Below, one piece after another: positions 15,776-26,943 of a stretch of DNA of 64,000 nt. Every line of letters begins with the position of its first letter. Positions within the stretch are counted from its first letter, which is position 1. The DNA lies in NCBI GenBank assembly GCA_963664465.2, contig CAXXSU010000009.1, positions 2,017 through 66,016 on the forward strand, written 5' to 3'. A program made the translations under genes and the position numbers. Origin of the DNA: Alphaproteobacteria bacterium (GTDB taxonomy: Bacteria; Pseudomonadota; Alphaproteobacteria; UBA8366; CAVOAK01). The notes under the pieces were generated by a model, which saw only the letters and a program-made list of their open reading frames with translations, did no database searches and had not been told where the DNA came from.

Positions 15776-16414
15776 TTAAGAGGCTTGGTCGAGGTATGCG
15801 CCAATGGTTTGCGCCATGCGCGACGGGTCGGTGCCGTGCGAAAACATTGTCAGAAATTTCCCATCGCGTCCCATCAGATAAACGAACGATGAGTGGTCCA
15901 TCAGGTATTCCGTGGCTTGAGGATCGTCGACCTTGGCATAAAAGACCCTATAAACGTCTGCGGCCCGCTTGATTTGCTCGGACGTGCCCGTGAGGCCGAC
16001 CAGTCGCGGGTGAAAATGTGCAACATATTGTGAGATATACTCGACCGTATCCCGTTCGGGGTCGATGGTGATGAAAAGGGGCCGCACGGATACCGCTTTG
16101 TCGCCGAGTTCGTCGAGCGCAGTTGCCAAATTCTGCAGTTCGGTTGGGCAAATGTCCGGGCAGAAGGTGTAGCCGAATACCACGAGAAGAAATTCGCCGC
16201 GATAATCGGCATCGGTAACCGCCTTCCCGGAGTGATCGACGAGCTCGAAGGGACCGCCCACCTCGACCAGCGGCTGAAATCCGGCGAGACCGTCTTGACT
16301 GGGGGCTACCGCTACCTGAGTCAATTGGTACCAGGCAATTATCGCAGCCGTCGCAATCGCCGCAAGGGCGGCGAGTATTGCGCTGATCATGGCGGGCGAA
16401 AGTGGTGGTCGCAT
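15776..16414 (-). CDS. SCO1/SenC family copper chaperone / thiol-disulfide oxidoreductase
   Basis: It has an N-terminal TM segment, then FGYTFCPDICPTEL (CxxxC) and ...YLMDHSSFVYLM. The start is uncertain (16414 or 16390). Confidence 0.85.
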   Translation of the reverse strand: MRPPLSPAMISAILAALAAIATAAIIAWYQLTQVAVAPSQDGLAGFQPLVEVGGPFELVDHSGKAVTDADYRGEFLLVVFGYTFCPDICPTELQNLATALDELGDKAVSVRPLFITIDPERDTVEYISQYVAHFHPRLVGLTGTSEQIKRAADVYRVFYAKVDDPQATEYLMDHSSFVYLMGRDGKFLTMFSHGTDPSRMAQTIGAYLDQAS

Positions 16415-16702
16415 TGGAGGTGTAGGTATCGCTCGGCGTGGTGGGTCGATACGAGGGACTTGATATAGAGTGTTGCGGACGTATTTCGAGTGGACAAATC
16501 GACGCATAATGCCGAACGGATCAAATTGTGTTGCGGCAAGGCGGTATTGCAGCGGGGCGGCGTTGCGAGAGCCCTTACAAGCGAGGAAGAAACAACCACG
16601 CATTTCAATCCGCATCCGGTCTTTGCCTAATTGCTGCCACATGTGGGCGCGATTTTGGCGCACGGCGGCTAGCTGCTAAACTTTTAAGAGGAGGTCCGAG
16701 CC

Positions 16703-17401
16703 ATGCTACAGACAATCGCCCTTGTCGATGATGACCGAAATATTCTCACATCGGTGGCGATGACGCTGGAGTCCGAGGGCTACCAAGTGCGGACCTATAT
16801 CGACGGCGAAGACGCGCTGCGCGGCATGTCTCAGCAACCGGTCGACCTGGCAATCCTCGACATCAAGATGCCGCGCATGGACGGTATGGAGCTCCTGCAG
16901 CGTCTCCGCCGGACCAGCAGCGTTCCGGTGATCTTTCTCACCTCAAAAGACGATGAAATCGATGAGATGCTCGGGCTCAGAATGGGTGCCGACGATTACA
17001 TTACAAAACCGTTCTCGCAGCGTTTGCTGATCGAACGGATTCGCTCGCTTCTGCGTCGCGTGGAGCTGCAGGAGAGCGGTGCGGCTGCTGACGGCGACGG
17101 TGTGTTGGTGCGCGGTGACCTCGTTCTCGATGCGGACCGGCACCTGTGTACCTGGAAGGCCCAGCACATTTCACTGACGGTGACCGAATTCCTGCTTCTT
17201 AAGGCCTTGGCCCAGCGTCCGGGTCATGTGAAGTCGCGCGACCAGCTTATGGATGCCGCCTATGGCGAAAGCATATATGTGGATGACCGGACAATCGACA
17301 GCCATATCAAGCGTTTGAGAAAAAAATTCCGGCAGGTCGAGCCGGAGTTTGCACAGGTCGAGACACTATACGGCGTCGGCTATCGCTATCGCGACAGTTG
17401 A
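16703..17401 (+). CDS. chvI: OmpR-family response regulator ChvI
   Basis: [18 protein letters not shown]...[18 protein letters not shown]...YGVGYRYR. It is paired with a ChvG-type kinase. Confidence 0.9.
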   Translation: MLQTIALVDDDRNILTSVAMTLESEGYQVRTYIDGEDALRGMSQQPVDLAILDIKMPRMDGMELLQRLRRTSSVPVIFLTSKDDEIDEMLGLRMGADDYITKPFSQRLLIERIRSLLRRVELQESGAAADGDGVLVRGDLVLDADRHLCTWKAQHISLTVTEFLLLKALAQRPGHVKSRDQLMDAAYGESIYVDDRTIDSHIKRLRKKFRQVEPEFAQVETLYGVGYRYRDS

Positions 17402-19035
17402 GAGGAATGTCTGAGCGCAAATCCATCCGCGATTTGAATGTGCCGTTGCGGCGCAAGCGCATATCGCCGCTCACGCGCAGGATTCTCGCAATCAATATAT
17501 TGGCGTTGGCGATCCCAATCGGTGGACTGCTTTATCTTGGTCCATATCGGGATGGTCTAATCATCTCGGAACTGGAAGCGCTGCAAATCGAGAGTGGGAT
17601 CTTCGCCGGTGCCGTTGGCGAAAGTGCGATCGAGAGCGTGGCGCCCGGGTACCAAGCGCTCAATCTGGTCCCGGCCCGCGATATGATTCGGCGGTTGAGC
17701 GCTACAACTCGGGTGCGGGCACGGCTATTCGTTGCTCGCGGTGCGTTGGTCGCAGACAGTCGGCTGCTTTTGGGCAGCGGCGGAATCGTGCGGGTACAGG
17801 ACTTGCCCCCGCCGGATAACTCAAACACGGTGTTCGATCCTGTGATCGATGCATTGGATTGGATCGCCGGCCAATTTCCGCGACACGATCCATACGAGCT
17901 TTATCAAGAGCCGAACGCGCAAAATGCATCGGTCTACGACGAAGTCAAACGCGCATTGGATGGCGAAGCAAGCGGCCGGGTTCGTATCGATGGCAAAGGT
18001 GGACTGGTCTTGTCTTACTCTCAGCCTGTGCAACGCTATCGTCAGGTGCTTGCCTCGGTAATGCTGTCCAAGGACGGCACGGAAATCGAGGCCACGGTCC
18101 GCAATGTCCGCCTCACCATATTGCAGATTTTTGCTGGCGCCTTGGTTATCACCGTCCTTTTGTCGTTCTATCTCGCCGGCACGATTGTCAGACCGGTGCG
18201 GATGTTGGCGGCGGCTGCGGAACGCGTGCGCCATGGACTGGGCCGCGAAAGTCAACAGATTCCCGATTTGACCAAACGCGGCGATGAAATTGGCGAATTG
18301 TCGGCGGTGTTGCGAGAAATGACCGATGCGCTTCATGCACGTATGGATGCGATCGAGAAGTTTGCGGCCGATGTCAGCCACGAGATCAAGAACCCTCTGA
18401 CGTCATTGCGCAGCGCCGTCGAGACCGCTGCGCGAGTGCAAGACCCCGGTCAGCAGCGCAAGCTTATGAGTATTATCGTCGAAGACGTAGAGCGTCTCGA
18501 TCGTCTGATCAGCGATATTTCGAATGCGTCTAGACTGGATGCGGAATTGAGCCGAGCCGAGCTGGAGCTGGTCGACGTTGCGGAGATGCTCGACATATTG
18601 TCGAATCTCCCCAATTCGGCTGACAACGCGCGCACTCCGGCGACGGTTGAACTTACGAGCGACCGGGAGCTTCAAGTCAGCGCCAACGGCGACCGCCTCA
18701 TGCAAGTATTTCGCAATCTCATAGATAACGCCACAAGCTTCTCACCACCCGATGGCAAGATCCTCCTCAAAGGCACCCGCAACGGCAAATTCATTGAGGT
18801 TGCCGTTGAGGATCAGGGCCCTGGCGTACCGGAGGGCAAACTTGATGAGGTCTTTGACCGATTCTACACGGAGCGACCGCGGGGCGAGAAATTTGGCACT
18901 CATTCTGGTCTCGGACTCTCCATTTCAAAGCAGATCATTGAAGCGCATGGCGGTACGATCCACGCGGAAAATCGCTATGACGACGATGGTGCCGTAGACG
19001 GCGCGCGTTTTGTCGTGCGCTTGCCTGCGGTTTGA
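17398..19035 (+). CDS. chvG: sensor histidine kinase ChvG/ExoS type
   Basis: 545 aa with a periplasmic sensing domain between two TM segments, a HAMP domain, the H-box [16 protein letters not shown] and the ATPase motifs [10 protein letters not shown]. The ATG at 17407 is an alternative start. Confidence 0.9.
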   Translation: MRGMSERKSIRDLNVPLRRKRISPLTRRILAINILALAIPIGGLLYLGPYRDGLIISELEALQIESGIFAGAVGESAIESVAPGYQALNLVPARDMIRRLSATTRVRARLFVARGALVADSRLLLGSGGIVRVQDLPPPDNSNTVFDPVIDALDWIAGQFPRHDPYELYQEPNAQNASVYDEVKRALDGEASGRVRIDGKGGLVLSYSQPVQRYRQVLASVMLSKDGTEIEATVRNVRLTILQIFAGALVITVLLSFYLAGTIVRPVRMLAAAAERVRHGLGRESQQIPDLTKRGDEIGELSAVLREMTDALHARMDAIEKFAADVSHEIKNPLTSLRSAVETAARVQDPGQQRKLMSIIVEDVERLDRLISDISNASRLDAELSRAELELVDVAEMLDILSNLPNSADNARTPATVELTSDRELQVSANGDRLMQVFRNLIDNATSFSPPDGKILLKGTRNGKFIEVAVEDQGPGVPEGKLDEVFDRFYTERPRGEKFGTHSGLGLSISKQIIEAHGGTIHAENRYDDDGAVDGARFVVRLPAV

Positions 19036-19142
19036 TATCGATGGTGGCGACCGCTGAGAAATCCATTCAATCCCCTCGCCCCGAGCGACCCCACCCAAGG
19101 CAAGAGCCTGGAAGTTGGGCCGGACTTCGAAACTGACCGAAA

Positions 19143-20051
19143 ATGGCAGACCGGAGGGACGACGGAAACATGCCGCAGGGTCGGGCTATTCTCGTGACTG
19201 GCATGTCCGGCGCTGGCCGGTCGTCTGCTCTAAAAGTTTTGGAAGATCTCGGTTACGAGGCGGTTGATAACCTTCCACTCTCGCTTTTTGCGGGCCTTGT
19301 GCGGTCCGGCGATCTGTTTGGCCGCCGTCCGATTGCCATCGGCGTCGATATCCGGACGCGGGATTTCGGTGTTGAGCCGGTTCTAGAAGAGCTCGACAAG
19401 CTGATTGACGAGGAGGAGCTGCAAGGCCAGGTGCTTTTCCTCGATTGCGAGGACGAGACACTGGTTCGACGATATACCGAAACCCGGCGGCGTCACCCCT
19501 TGGGCGCCGATAGACCGTTGCCGGATGTAATTCGGCTTGAGCGGCGGCTGCTTGCAAAATTACGCGACCGCGCAGACGTTCTGATCGACACGACTGACAA
19601 GAGTACGGCTGAATTGAGAGAACAATTGGCCGCACAGTTTGCGCTCGGCGACGCTGGACGGCTGGCGCTCTTTGTTTTGTCTTTCTCCTATCGATCCGGG
19701 ATTCCGCGCGAAGCGGACCTGGTGTTCGACGTGCGCTTTCTCGTCAATTCCCACTACGATGGAGACCTGCGGCCGCTCACGGGCCGTGATGGGGGCGTCG
19801 GCACAATGATTGCCGTTGATCCGGACTTCGAGCCCTTTTTTGCCGACCTCACCAAAATGTTGAAACGGCTGCTTCCGCGCTATGAGCGCGAAGGCAAGAG
19901 CTATTTGACAATTGCCGTCGGTTGTACTGGTGGACGACATCGCTCCGTCTACGTGGCTGAGCGGCTCGGGCAGTGGCTTGATGCGATAGGCCGGGAGTTT
20001 CATCTGCATCACCGTGATCTCGAGAGTGATGCCGGACGAGACATGATTTAG
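19143..20051 (+). CDS. rapZ: RNase adapter / P-loop NTPase RapZ (YhbJ family)
   Basis: ILVTGMSGAGRSSALKVLEDLGYEAVDNLP...AVGCTGGRHRSV. The start is possibly at 19170. Confidence 0.9.
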   Translation: MADRRDDGNMPQGRAILVTGMSGAGRSSALKVLEDLGYEAVDNLPLSLFAGLVRSGDLFGRRPIAIGVDIRTRDFGVEPVLEELDKLIDEEELQGQVLFLDCEDETLVRRYTETRRRHPLGADRPLPDVIRLERRLLAKLRDRADVLIDTTDKSTAELREQLAAQFALGDAGRLALFVLSFSYRSGIPREADLVFDVRFLVNSHYDGDLRPLTGRDGGVGTMIAVDPDFEPFFADLTKMLKRLLPRYEREGKSYLTIAVGCTGGRHRSVYVAERLGQWLDAIGREFHLHHRDLESDAGRDMI

Positions 20052-20354
20052 ACCGCCGTCCCGATCATCGAGTATTGCTTGCGACACTACTTCGGTTCTG
20101 CTTCAACGCAGAGCGACGCCTCGCACAGCCACATAAGGAACTATTGCGCCGCCATGTACCCGATTGCTGGAGTGCGGATACAATATTATATAAAGAAATC
20201 CTTATATTTCCCTTGCAGGCGAATCAGGAGCTGATATAGCATCGCCGACACGCACGATTTGCCTTTATTGCAACGCCAAATTTGAAGACTGCGGGCAACG
20301 TTCGCCGGTTATGGGCGAAGCCTGCAGGATCGAATCGTAATAGGAGATAACGGT

Positions 20355-21650
<1,296 letters not shown>

Positions 21651-21730
21651 AAATTTCGGCCGACCGCTCCACTATCGCTAGTCTATTATCCTGCCGAGCC
21701 TTGCCGTGCCGGCCTACCGGCGGGTAAAAT

Positions 21731-22243
21731 TTGGTCATGGGCACTGACGCCGGCATCGACGCCGGCTCCGCGACGTTGCAGCGCTATGAACTGCCCCGCT
21801 TGGAGGCGACTCGCCTGTTCGCACGATGCCTTGCTCCTTTTCTTCGAGTGGGCGATTTGATTGCTCTCAAAGGTGAGCTAGGCGTTGGAAAAACGACCTT
21901 CGCGCGTGCCCTCATGCGGGAATTGGGGGTCGCCGATAGCGAAATTCCGAGCCCGACCTACACCCTGGCGCAAGGCTATCGGGGCGGAAATTTCGACATT
22001 TGGCATTTTGACCTGTATCGCCTGCGGTCCCCCGACGAAGCAATGGAGCTGGGTCTCGAGGAAGCGCGCTACGACAGTCTTGTGCTGATCGAGTGGCCCG
22101 AGCGTTTGGGGTCTACACTGGCGATGGACCGGCTCCAAATAGCCCTCGAATACGCCGTCGGCGAGGATGCACGTCGCGTCACACTCGATGGCGCGAGCGC
22201 TTGGTCGGATCGACTTTCGGAATTGCAAGTCGATGGATCGTGA
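21731..22243 (+). CDS. tsaE: tRNA t6A biosynthesis ATPase TsaE
   Basis: LKGELGVGKTTFARAL...SPTYTL...HFDLYRL. Confidence 0.9.
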   Translation: MVMGTDAGIDAGSATLQRYELPRLEATRLFARCLAPFLRVGDLIALKGELGVGKTTFARALMRELGVADSEIPSPTYTLAQGYRGGNFDIWHFDLYRLRSPDEAMELGLEEARYDSLVLIEWPERLGSTLAMDRLQIALEYAVGEDARRVTLDGASAWSDRLSELQVDGS

Positions 22244-23240
22244 CCAACTGATTCTGCAGTTCCTAGAGACTGCAGGCTGGGCTGACGCCGAACGCTCGCC
22301 GCTTGCTGGCGACGCCTCGTTCCGGCGCTATGAGCGCTTGCGCGGTGAAACGGCTAGCGCGGTTTTGATGGATGCGCCGCCTCCGGAGGAAGACATCCGG
22401 CCCTTTCTGCAGATCGCCACGTGTTTGTCGGATCTCGGATTTAGCGCACCTGACATCCTTGCTGCCGATGAGGCGAACGGGTTAGCTGTGATCGAAGACC
22501 TCGGCGATGAGTCCTATACCCGCGTGTTGGCGGCGGGAGGTGACGAGAAGGCGCTCTACACCCTTGCCCTCGATCTGTTGATCGATTTGCACCAGCGGTT
22601 TCAGGGCGATCGATCGATCGCGGTCTATGATGATGCGCGGTTTCTCGCCGAGGTTGCTTTGTTCGTTGATTGGTATTTGCCCGCGATCCGCGGTGCCGAG
22701 ACCAGCGCGTCGTCGCGCAACGAGTATTTGCAGCGCTGGCGCGAGCTCCTACCACTTGCACGTAATGTTCCAACGAGCCTCGTGCTGCGCGATTACCATG
22801 TCGACAATTTGATGCTGCTGAGGGATCGGCAGGGACTCAGGAGATGCGGCCTACTCGATTTTCAAGATGCCGTGGTCGGGCCAATTACATACGATATAGT
22901 GTCGTTGCTGGAGGATGCCCGGCGTGATGTCTTGCCGCAACTTTCGGGGCGACTGATTGGCCGTTACCTCGACGCGACACCGACGATCGACAGTGACAGC
23001 TTCCATGCCTCCTACGCCATCATGGGCGCGCAACGAAATATGAAGATCATCGGCATCTTCGCGCGGCTCGACCGCCGCGACTGCAAACCTCTCTATCTCC
23101 GTCATGTGCCGCGCGTCTGGCGCTGGCTGCACGGTGATCTTGCACATCCTGCCTTGGCATCGATCGGAGAATGGCTGGATCGCGAAGTTCCAGCCGCAGA
23201 ACGCCTCCAACCGCCCGCGCTGACCGGGACAGCGCCGTGA
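22233..23240 (+). CDS. amgK: aminoglycoside-phosphotransferase-fold kinase (AmgK-like MurNAc/GlcNAc kinase)
   Basis: MDRDQLILQFLE...LAGDASFRRYERL...LRDYHVDNLM...DFQDA. It occupies the conserved tsaE-amgK-murU position. Confidence 0.75.
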   Translation: MDRDQLILQFLETAGWADAERSPLAGDASFRRYERLRGETASAVLMDAPPPEEDIRPFLQIATCLSDLGFSAPDILAADEANGLAVIEDLGDESYTRVLAAGGDEKALYTLALDLLIDLHQRFQGDRSIAVYDDARFLAEVALFVDWYLPAIRGAETSASSRNEYLQRWRELLPLARNVPTSLVLRDYHVDNLMLLRDRQGLRRCGLLDFQDAVVGPITYDIVSLLEDARRDVLPQLSGRLIGRYLDATPTIDSDSFHASYAIMGAQRNMKIIGIFARLDRRDCKPLYLRHVPRVWRWLHGDLAHPALASIGEWLDREVPAAERLQPPALTGTAP

Positions 23241-23962
23241 CCGAGATTTCCCAAGCCATGATATTGGCAGCCGGCCGGGGCACACGCATGCGACCGCTCA
23301 CCGATACACGCCCCAAGCCGCTTGTCAGCCTGGCTGGGCGGGCGCTGATCGACCACGCTCTGGATCGGCTAGCGGCAGTCGGCGTGCGTCAGGTTGTCGT
23401 CAACGCGCACCATTTCGGCGACCAGCTCGAAGAGCATCTACGCAGCCGCCCCGACGTGAGTTTGTCATTTGAACCGGAGCTCTTGGAGACCGGCGGCGGC
23501 GTAAATCAGGCGCTTGGACATTTTGGAAATGACGCATTCCTAGTGTTGAACTGTGACGCGGTCTGGCTCGACGGTGCTGCGCCGGCATTGTCGCAGCTAA
23601 TGGACGGCTGGAGGGATGCGGAAATGGATGCGCTGTTGCTGCTTTATCCGGTCAAGGAGGTCTCAACACACCGCGGTGATGGAGACTACGATTTGGACGA
23701 AAAAGGCCGCGCACAACGACGGCAAGCCGGGCAGACGTCGCCATTCCTGTTTACCGGCCTTCAAATTCTCCATCCGCGTTTGTTCGAAGGTGCGCCCGTC
23801 GGACCGTATTCCCTCAACCTGCTTTACGACACGGCCGAGCAAGCGCGCCGACTGTGCGCCGTGGTTCACGACGGCCGGTGGTTCCATGTCGGCACACCAG
23901 ACGAACTACGTTACGCCGAGCAGCAATTGTCGGCTGCGCCGGCCACTGCTATCTCGCCGTGA
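23237..23962 (+). CDS. murU: nucleotidyltransferase (MurU-like MurNAc-1-P uridylyltransferase)
   Basis: MILAAGRGTRMRPLTDTRPKPLV. The GTG at 23237 overlaps the amgK stop. The ATG at 23258 is an alternative start. Confidence 0.75.
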   Translation: MTEISQAMILAAGRGTRMRPLTDTRPKPLVSLAGRALIDHALDRLAAVGVRQVVVNAHHFGDQLEEHLRSRPDVSLSFEPELLETGGGVNQALGHFGNDAFLVLNCDAVWLDGAAPALSQLMDGWRDAEMDALLLLYPVKEVSTHRGDGDYDLDEKGRAQRRQAGQTSPFLFTGLQILHPRLFEGAPVGPYSLNLLYDTAEQARRLCAVVHDGRWFHVGTPDELRYAEQQLSAAPATAISP

Positions 23963-26943
23963 CCGAGTCTCATCGCGTCTTCACGATCAGTCCGGATCGC
24001 CCATTTCTTGATGCCCTGGCGGCACAGCTTTTGGCAGAGACCACGGGCGACCCGCTGCTGTTGGGCGGTTACACAGTCCTTCTTCCGACCCGCCGCTCCT
24101 GCCGCGCTGCAGGCGAGGCATTTCTCCGGGTGAGTGGTGGTAAAGCGCTCGTCCTTCCAACATTGCGACCGATCGGTGATATCGACGAAGACCAGATGAT
24201 TCTTGATGAGGTCCCCGGCCTCGAAGAGCCAGATCTTGGGCCGGCAGTTCCGAGTTTGCGCCGACAGCTTCTGTTGGCGCGTCTCATCCTGAGCTGGCCG
24301 CGGGAAGGTCGATCTATCACGTTCGATCAAGCCGCTAGGCTTGCGGCAGAGCTGAGCCATTTGCTCGACCAAGTGCAAACCGAACGCCTGACATTCGATG
24401 GGCTTGGCGCGCTCGTTCCCGAAGATTATTCGGCGCACTGGCAGGAAACGCTCGATTTTCTAAAAATCCTCACAGAGCACTGGCCGGCAATCCTTGCAGA
24501 GGACGGCGCGCTCGATCCGGCCGAGCGCCGAAACCGTGTGCTTGCAGCTCAGGTATCCGCGTGGCTGGAAAGCCCGCCGAACGACCCGGTCGTGGCCGCT
24601 GGTTCGACGGGCAGTATCCCGGCAACCGCCGATCTTCTGGCGTTCGTCGCCGCGCTGCCAAACGGCAGAGTTGTACTGCCCGGGCTCCAGCGCGGGACCG
24701 GTGAAGACGAGTGGGCGGCCATTGGCCAGGAGCAGACGCATCCGCAAAACGGCATGGCCCATCTACTGGCTCGACTTAAGGTCGCGCCAGAGGATGTCGC
24801 GGAATGGCCGAGCGCGGGCCAAAAACGGCGGCCGGATCGGGTAAACCTGGCCGCGGAGACGTTGCGCCCAGCCGAAACGACCGATGCCTGGCGCTCATTG
24901 CCAGCGCTGCCGCCTTCTTCGCTACGGGGGTTGGAGCGTATCGACTGCGTTAGTGAAGGCGAGGAGGCGGGTGTCATCGCGCTCAAGCTGCGGTACGCGC
25001 TGGAGACGCCAGGCAAGACTGCCGCGCTCATTACGCCGGATCGCAGTCTCGCCCGTCGCGTCGCTGCGTCGCTGCGGCGATGGGAGATAGAGATTGACGA
25101 TTCAGGTGGGCAGAATTTAGGCGACACTGCGCCTGGGACATACCTTCGGCTGCTAGCGATGGCTGCAGCGACGGCGTTCTCACCCGTTGCTCTACTGGCC
25201 CTGCTCAAGCATCCGCTGGCAACCGGTGGCATGGCACCTGGCAAATTCAGGTCGAATGTCCGTATCCTGGAGCGTCATGTGCTGCGTGGTCCGCGGCCCG
25301 GACCCGGACTGGAAGGTTTGCGTGCCGTTCTTCAGGATCGAAAAGAATCCGGAGAAATTGGCTTGCGCGACACTACCGCGCTGAATTCCCTCATTGGTGT
25401 CCTCGAGGGCTGCGTTCAGCCGCTGGCGCACGCGATGGCAGGCGCGTCGACGCCGATTGCAGAACTCATCGAGTCGCATTTGGCTGCGGCCGAGGCGCTT
25501 GCGGCGAGCGCAGATGCGGACGGTGGCGCGCGGTTGTGGTCAGGCGAGGCAGGAGAGGCTCTGGCGAATTTTTTCTCGGAGTTACACCAATCGGCAACCG
25601 TTTTGCCCGCAGTTCCAAATGGCGACTATGTGCCGCTGCTTGAATCTTTGATGTCGGCGCAAGTCGTGCGTCCGAAATTTGGCCGGCATCCGCGTCTCAA
25701 TATCTGGGGACCACTAGAGGCCCGGTTGCAGCACGCTGACCTGATCGTCCTCGGCGGCTTAAATGAGGGGACGTGGCCTCCTAAGCCGTCTGTTGATCCT
25801 TGGTTAAGCCGACCCATGCGCGGTGCATTCGGCTTGCCCCAACCGGAGCGGCGCATCGGCCTCTCGGCGCACGATTTTGCCCAGGCTTTTTGTGCCGGCG
25901 AGGTGGTGCTGACACGAGCCAACAAAGTCGACGGGACGCCAACCGTACCGTCGCGTTGGCTGGTCCGTCTTGACACCGTTTTGACCGGTGCAGGGCTGGA
26001 TCCGGATTGTTTGCAAGCATCGAAGTGGCAGGACTGGCACCGTGCACTCGATAAGCCGACGTCTCAAGTGCGAATTGCGCCACCCGAACCGCGTCCGCCG
26101 CTAATCGCGCGACCACGTCGGCTCTCCGTAACCCGCATCGAGACTTGGATCCGCGATCCATACACGATATATGCGCGTCACGTTCTCCGACTCGTGCCAA
26201 TGGATCCGCTGGAGGCCGACCCGGGTGCGGCCGAGCGCGGCATCTTCATTCATCGTGCGCTTGAGACATTTCTCAAAGAGACCGCTGGGGCGTTGCCTGA
26301 TGACGCGGTTGAAAGATTGCTTGCGATCGGCGAGCGTGCCTTTGGTCCGGCCCTAAGCAAGCCCTCGGTTCGTGCATTCTGGTGGCCGCGTTTCGAGCGG
26401 ATCGCCGATTGGTTCGTGCAACAGGAGCATGTGCGTCGGCAGTCGATCGAACGATCCCTCGTCGAAGTCCACGGCAGGCTTGAGATCGATGCACCAGGCG
26501 GGACATTTACCTTATCCGCGATGGCTGATCGTATCGATCACGGCGTCGACAGTCGTTATACGGTTGTTGACTACAAGACCGGCACGGTGCCCGCAAACAG
26601 CGAAGTTGCGCTCGGATTCGCGCCGCAGTTGCCACTCGAAGCGGCCATCGCCACGGCCGGGGGATTTGACGGCGTTGAAGACGGAGCGGAAATCGACAGC
26701 CTTTCATATTGGCGTTTGAGTGGTGGTGAGCCGCCTGGCGAGGTGCATATTGTGAGCGGCGATGCCATGCAAATGGCGGCGGCAGCCTTGGAGGGGTTGC
26801 GGCGTCTTGTCGCCGCCTACGATGACGAAAGCACGGCCTATCTCTCGGTACCGAATCCTGGCCGCGCAACTCGCTACAATGACTACCTGCATCTTGCCAG
26901 GGTGCAGGAATGGTCGGCTAGCGGTGCGGGGGATGCGCCTTGA
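23959..26943 (+). CDS. addB: double-strand break repair protein AddB (alphaproteobacterial type)
   Basis: About 995 aa with a PD-(D/E)XK nuclease C-terminus (DRID...VVDYKTG). The GTG start overlaps the murU stop. It is followed by addA with a 4-bp overlap. Confidence 0.85.
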   Translation: MTESHRVFTISPDRPFLDALAAQLLAETTGDPLLLGGYTVLLPTRRSCRAAGEAFLRVSGGKALVLPTLRPIGDIDEDQMILDEVPGLEEPDLGPAVPSLRRQLLLARLILSWPREGRSITFDQAARLAAELSHLLDQVQTERLTFDGLGALVPEDYSAHWQETLDFLKILTEHWPAILAEDGALDPAERRNRVLAAQVSAWLESPPNDPVVAAGSTGSIPATADLLAFVAALPNGRVVLPGLQRGTGEDEWAAIGQEQTHPQNGMAHLLARLKVAPEDVAEWPSAGQKRRPDRVNLAAETLRPAETTDAWRSLPALPPSSLRGLERIDCVSEGEEAGVIALKLRYALETPGKTAALITPDRSLARRVAASLRRWEIEIDDSGGQNLGDTAPGTYLRLLAMAAATAFSPVALLALLKHPLATGGMAPGKFRSNVRILERHVLRGPRPGPGLEGLRAVLQDRKESGEIGLRDTTALNSLIGVLEGCVQPLAHAMAGASTPIAELIESHLAAAEALAASADADGGARLWSGEAGEALANFFSELHQSATVLPAVPNGDYVPLLESLMSAQVVRPKFGRHPRLNIWGPLEARLQHADLIVLGGLNEGTWPPKPSVDPWLSRPMRGAFGLPQPERRIGLSAHDFAQAFCAGEVVLTRANKVDGTPTVPSRWLVRLDTVLTGAGLDPDCLQASKWQDWHRALDKPTSQVRIAPPEPRPPLIARPRRLSVTRIETWIRDPYTIYARHVLRLVPMDPLEADPGAAERGIFIHRALETFLKETAGALPDDAVERLLAIGERAFGPALSKPSVRAFWWPRFERIADWFVQQEHVRRQSIERSLVEVHGRLEIDAPGGTFTLSAMADRIDHGVDSRYTVVDYKTGTVPANSEVALGFAPQLPLEAAIATAGGFDGVEDGAEIDSLSYWRLSGGEPPGEVHIVSGDAMQMAAAALEGLRRLVAAYDDESTAYLSVPNPGRATRYNDYLHLARVQEWSASGAGDAP

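Noticed and set aside
20052-20354. Possible SAH riboswitch or other leader upstream of ahcY
   Set aside because: I could not find the SAH-riboswitch core (AGGAGCGC...CAGG...AACGGCGCUC). Only a plausible sigma-70-like promoter is visible (TTGCAG 20213-20218, 16-nt spacer, TATAGC 20235-20240), and I cannot support that beyond pattern matching.
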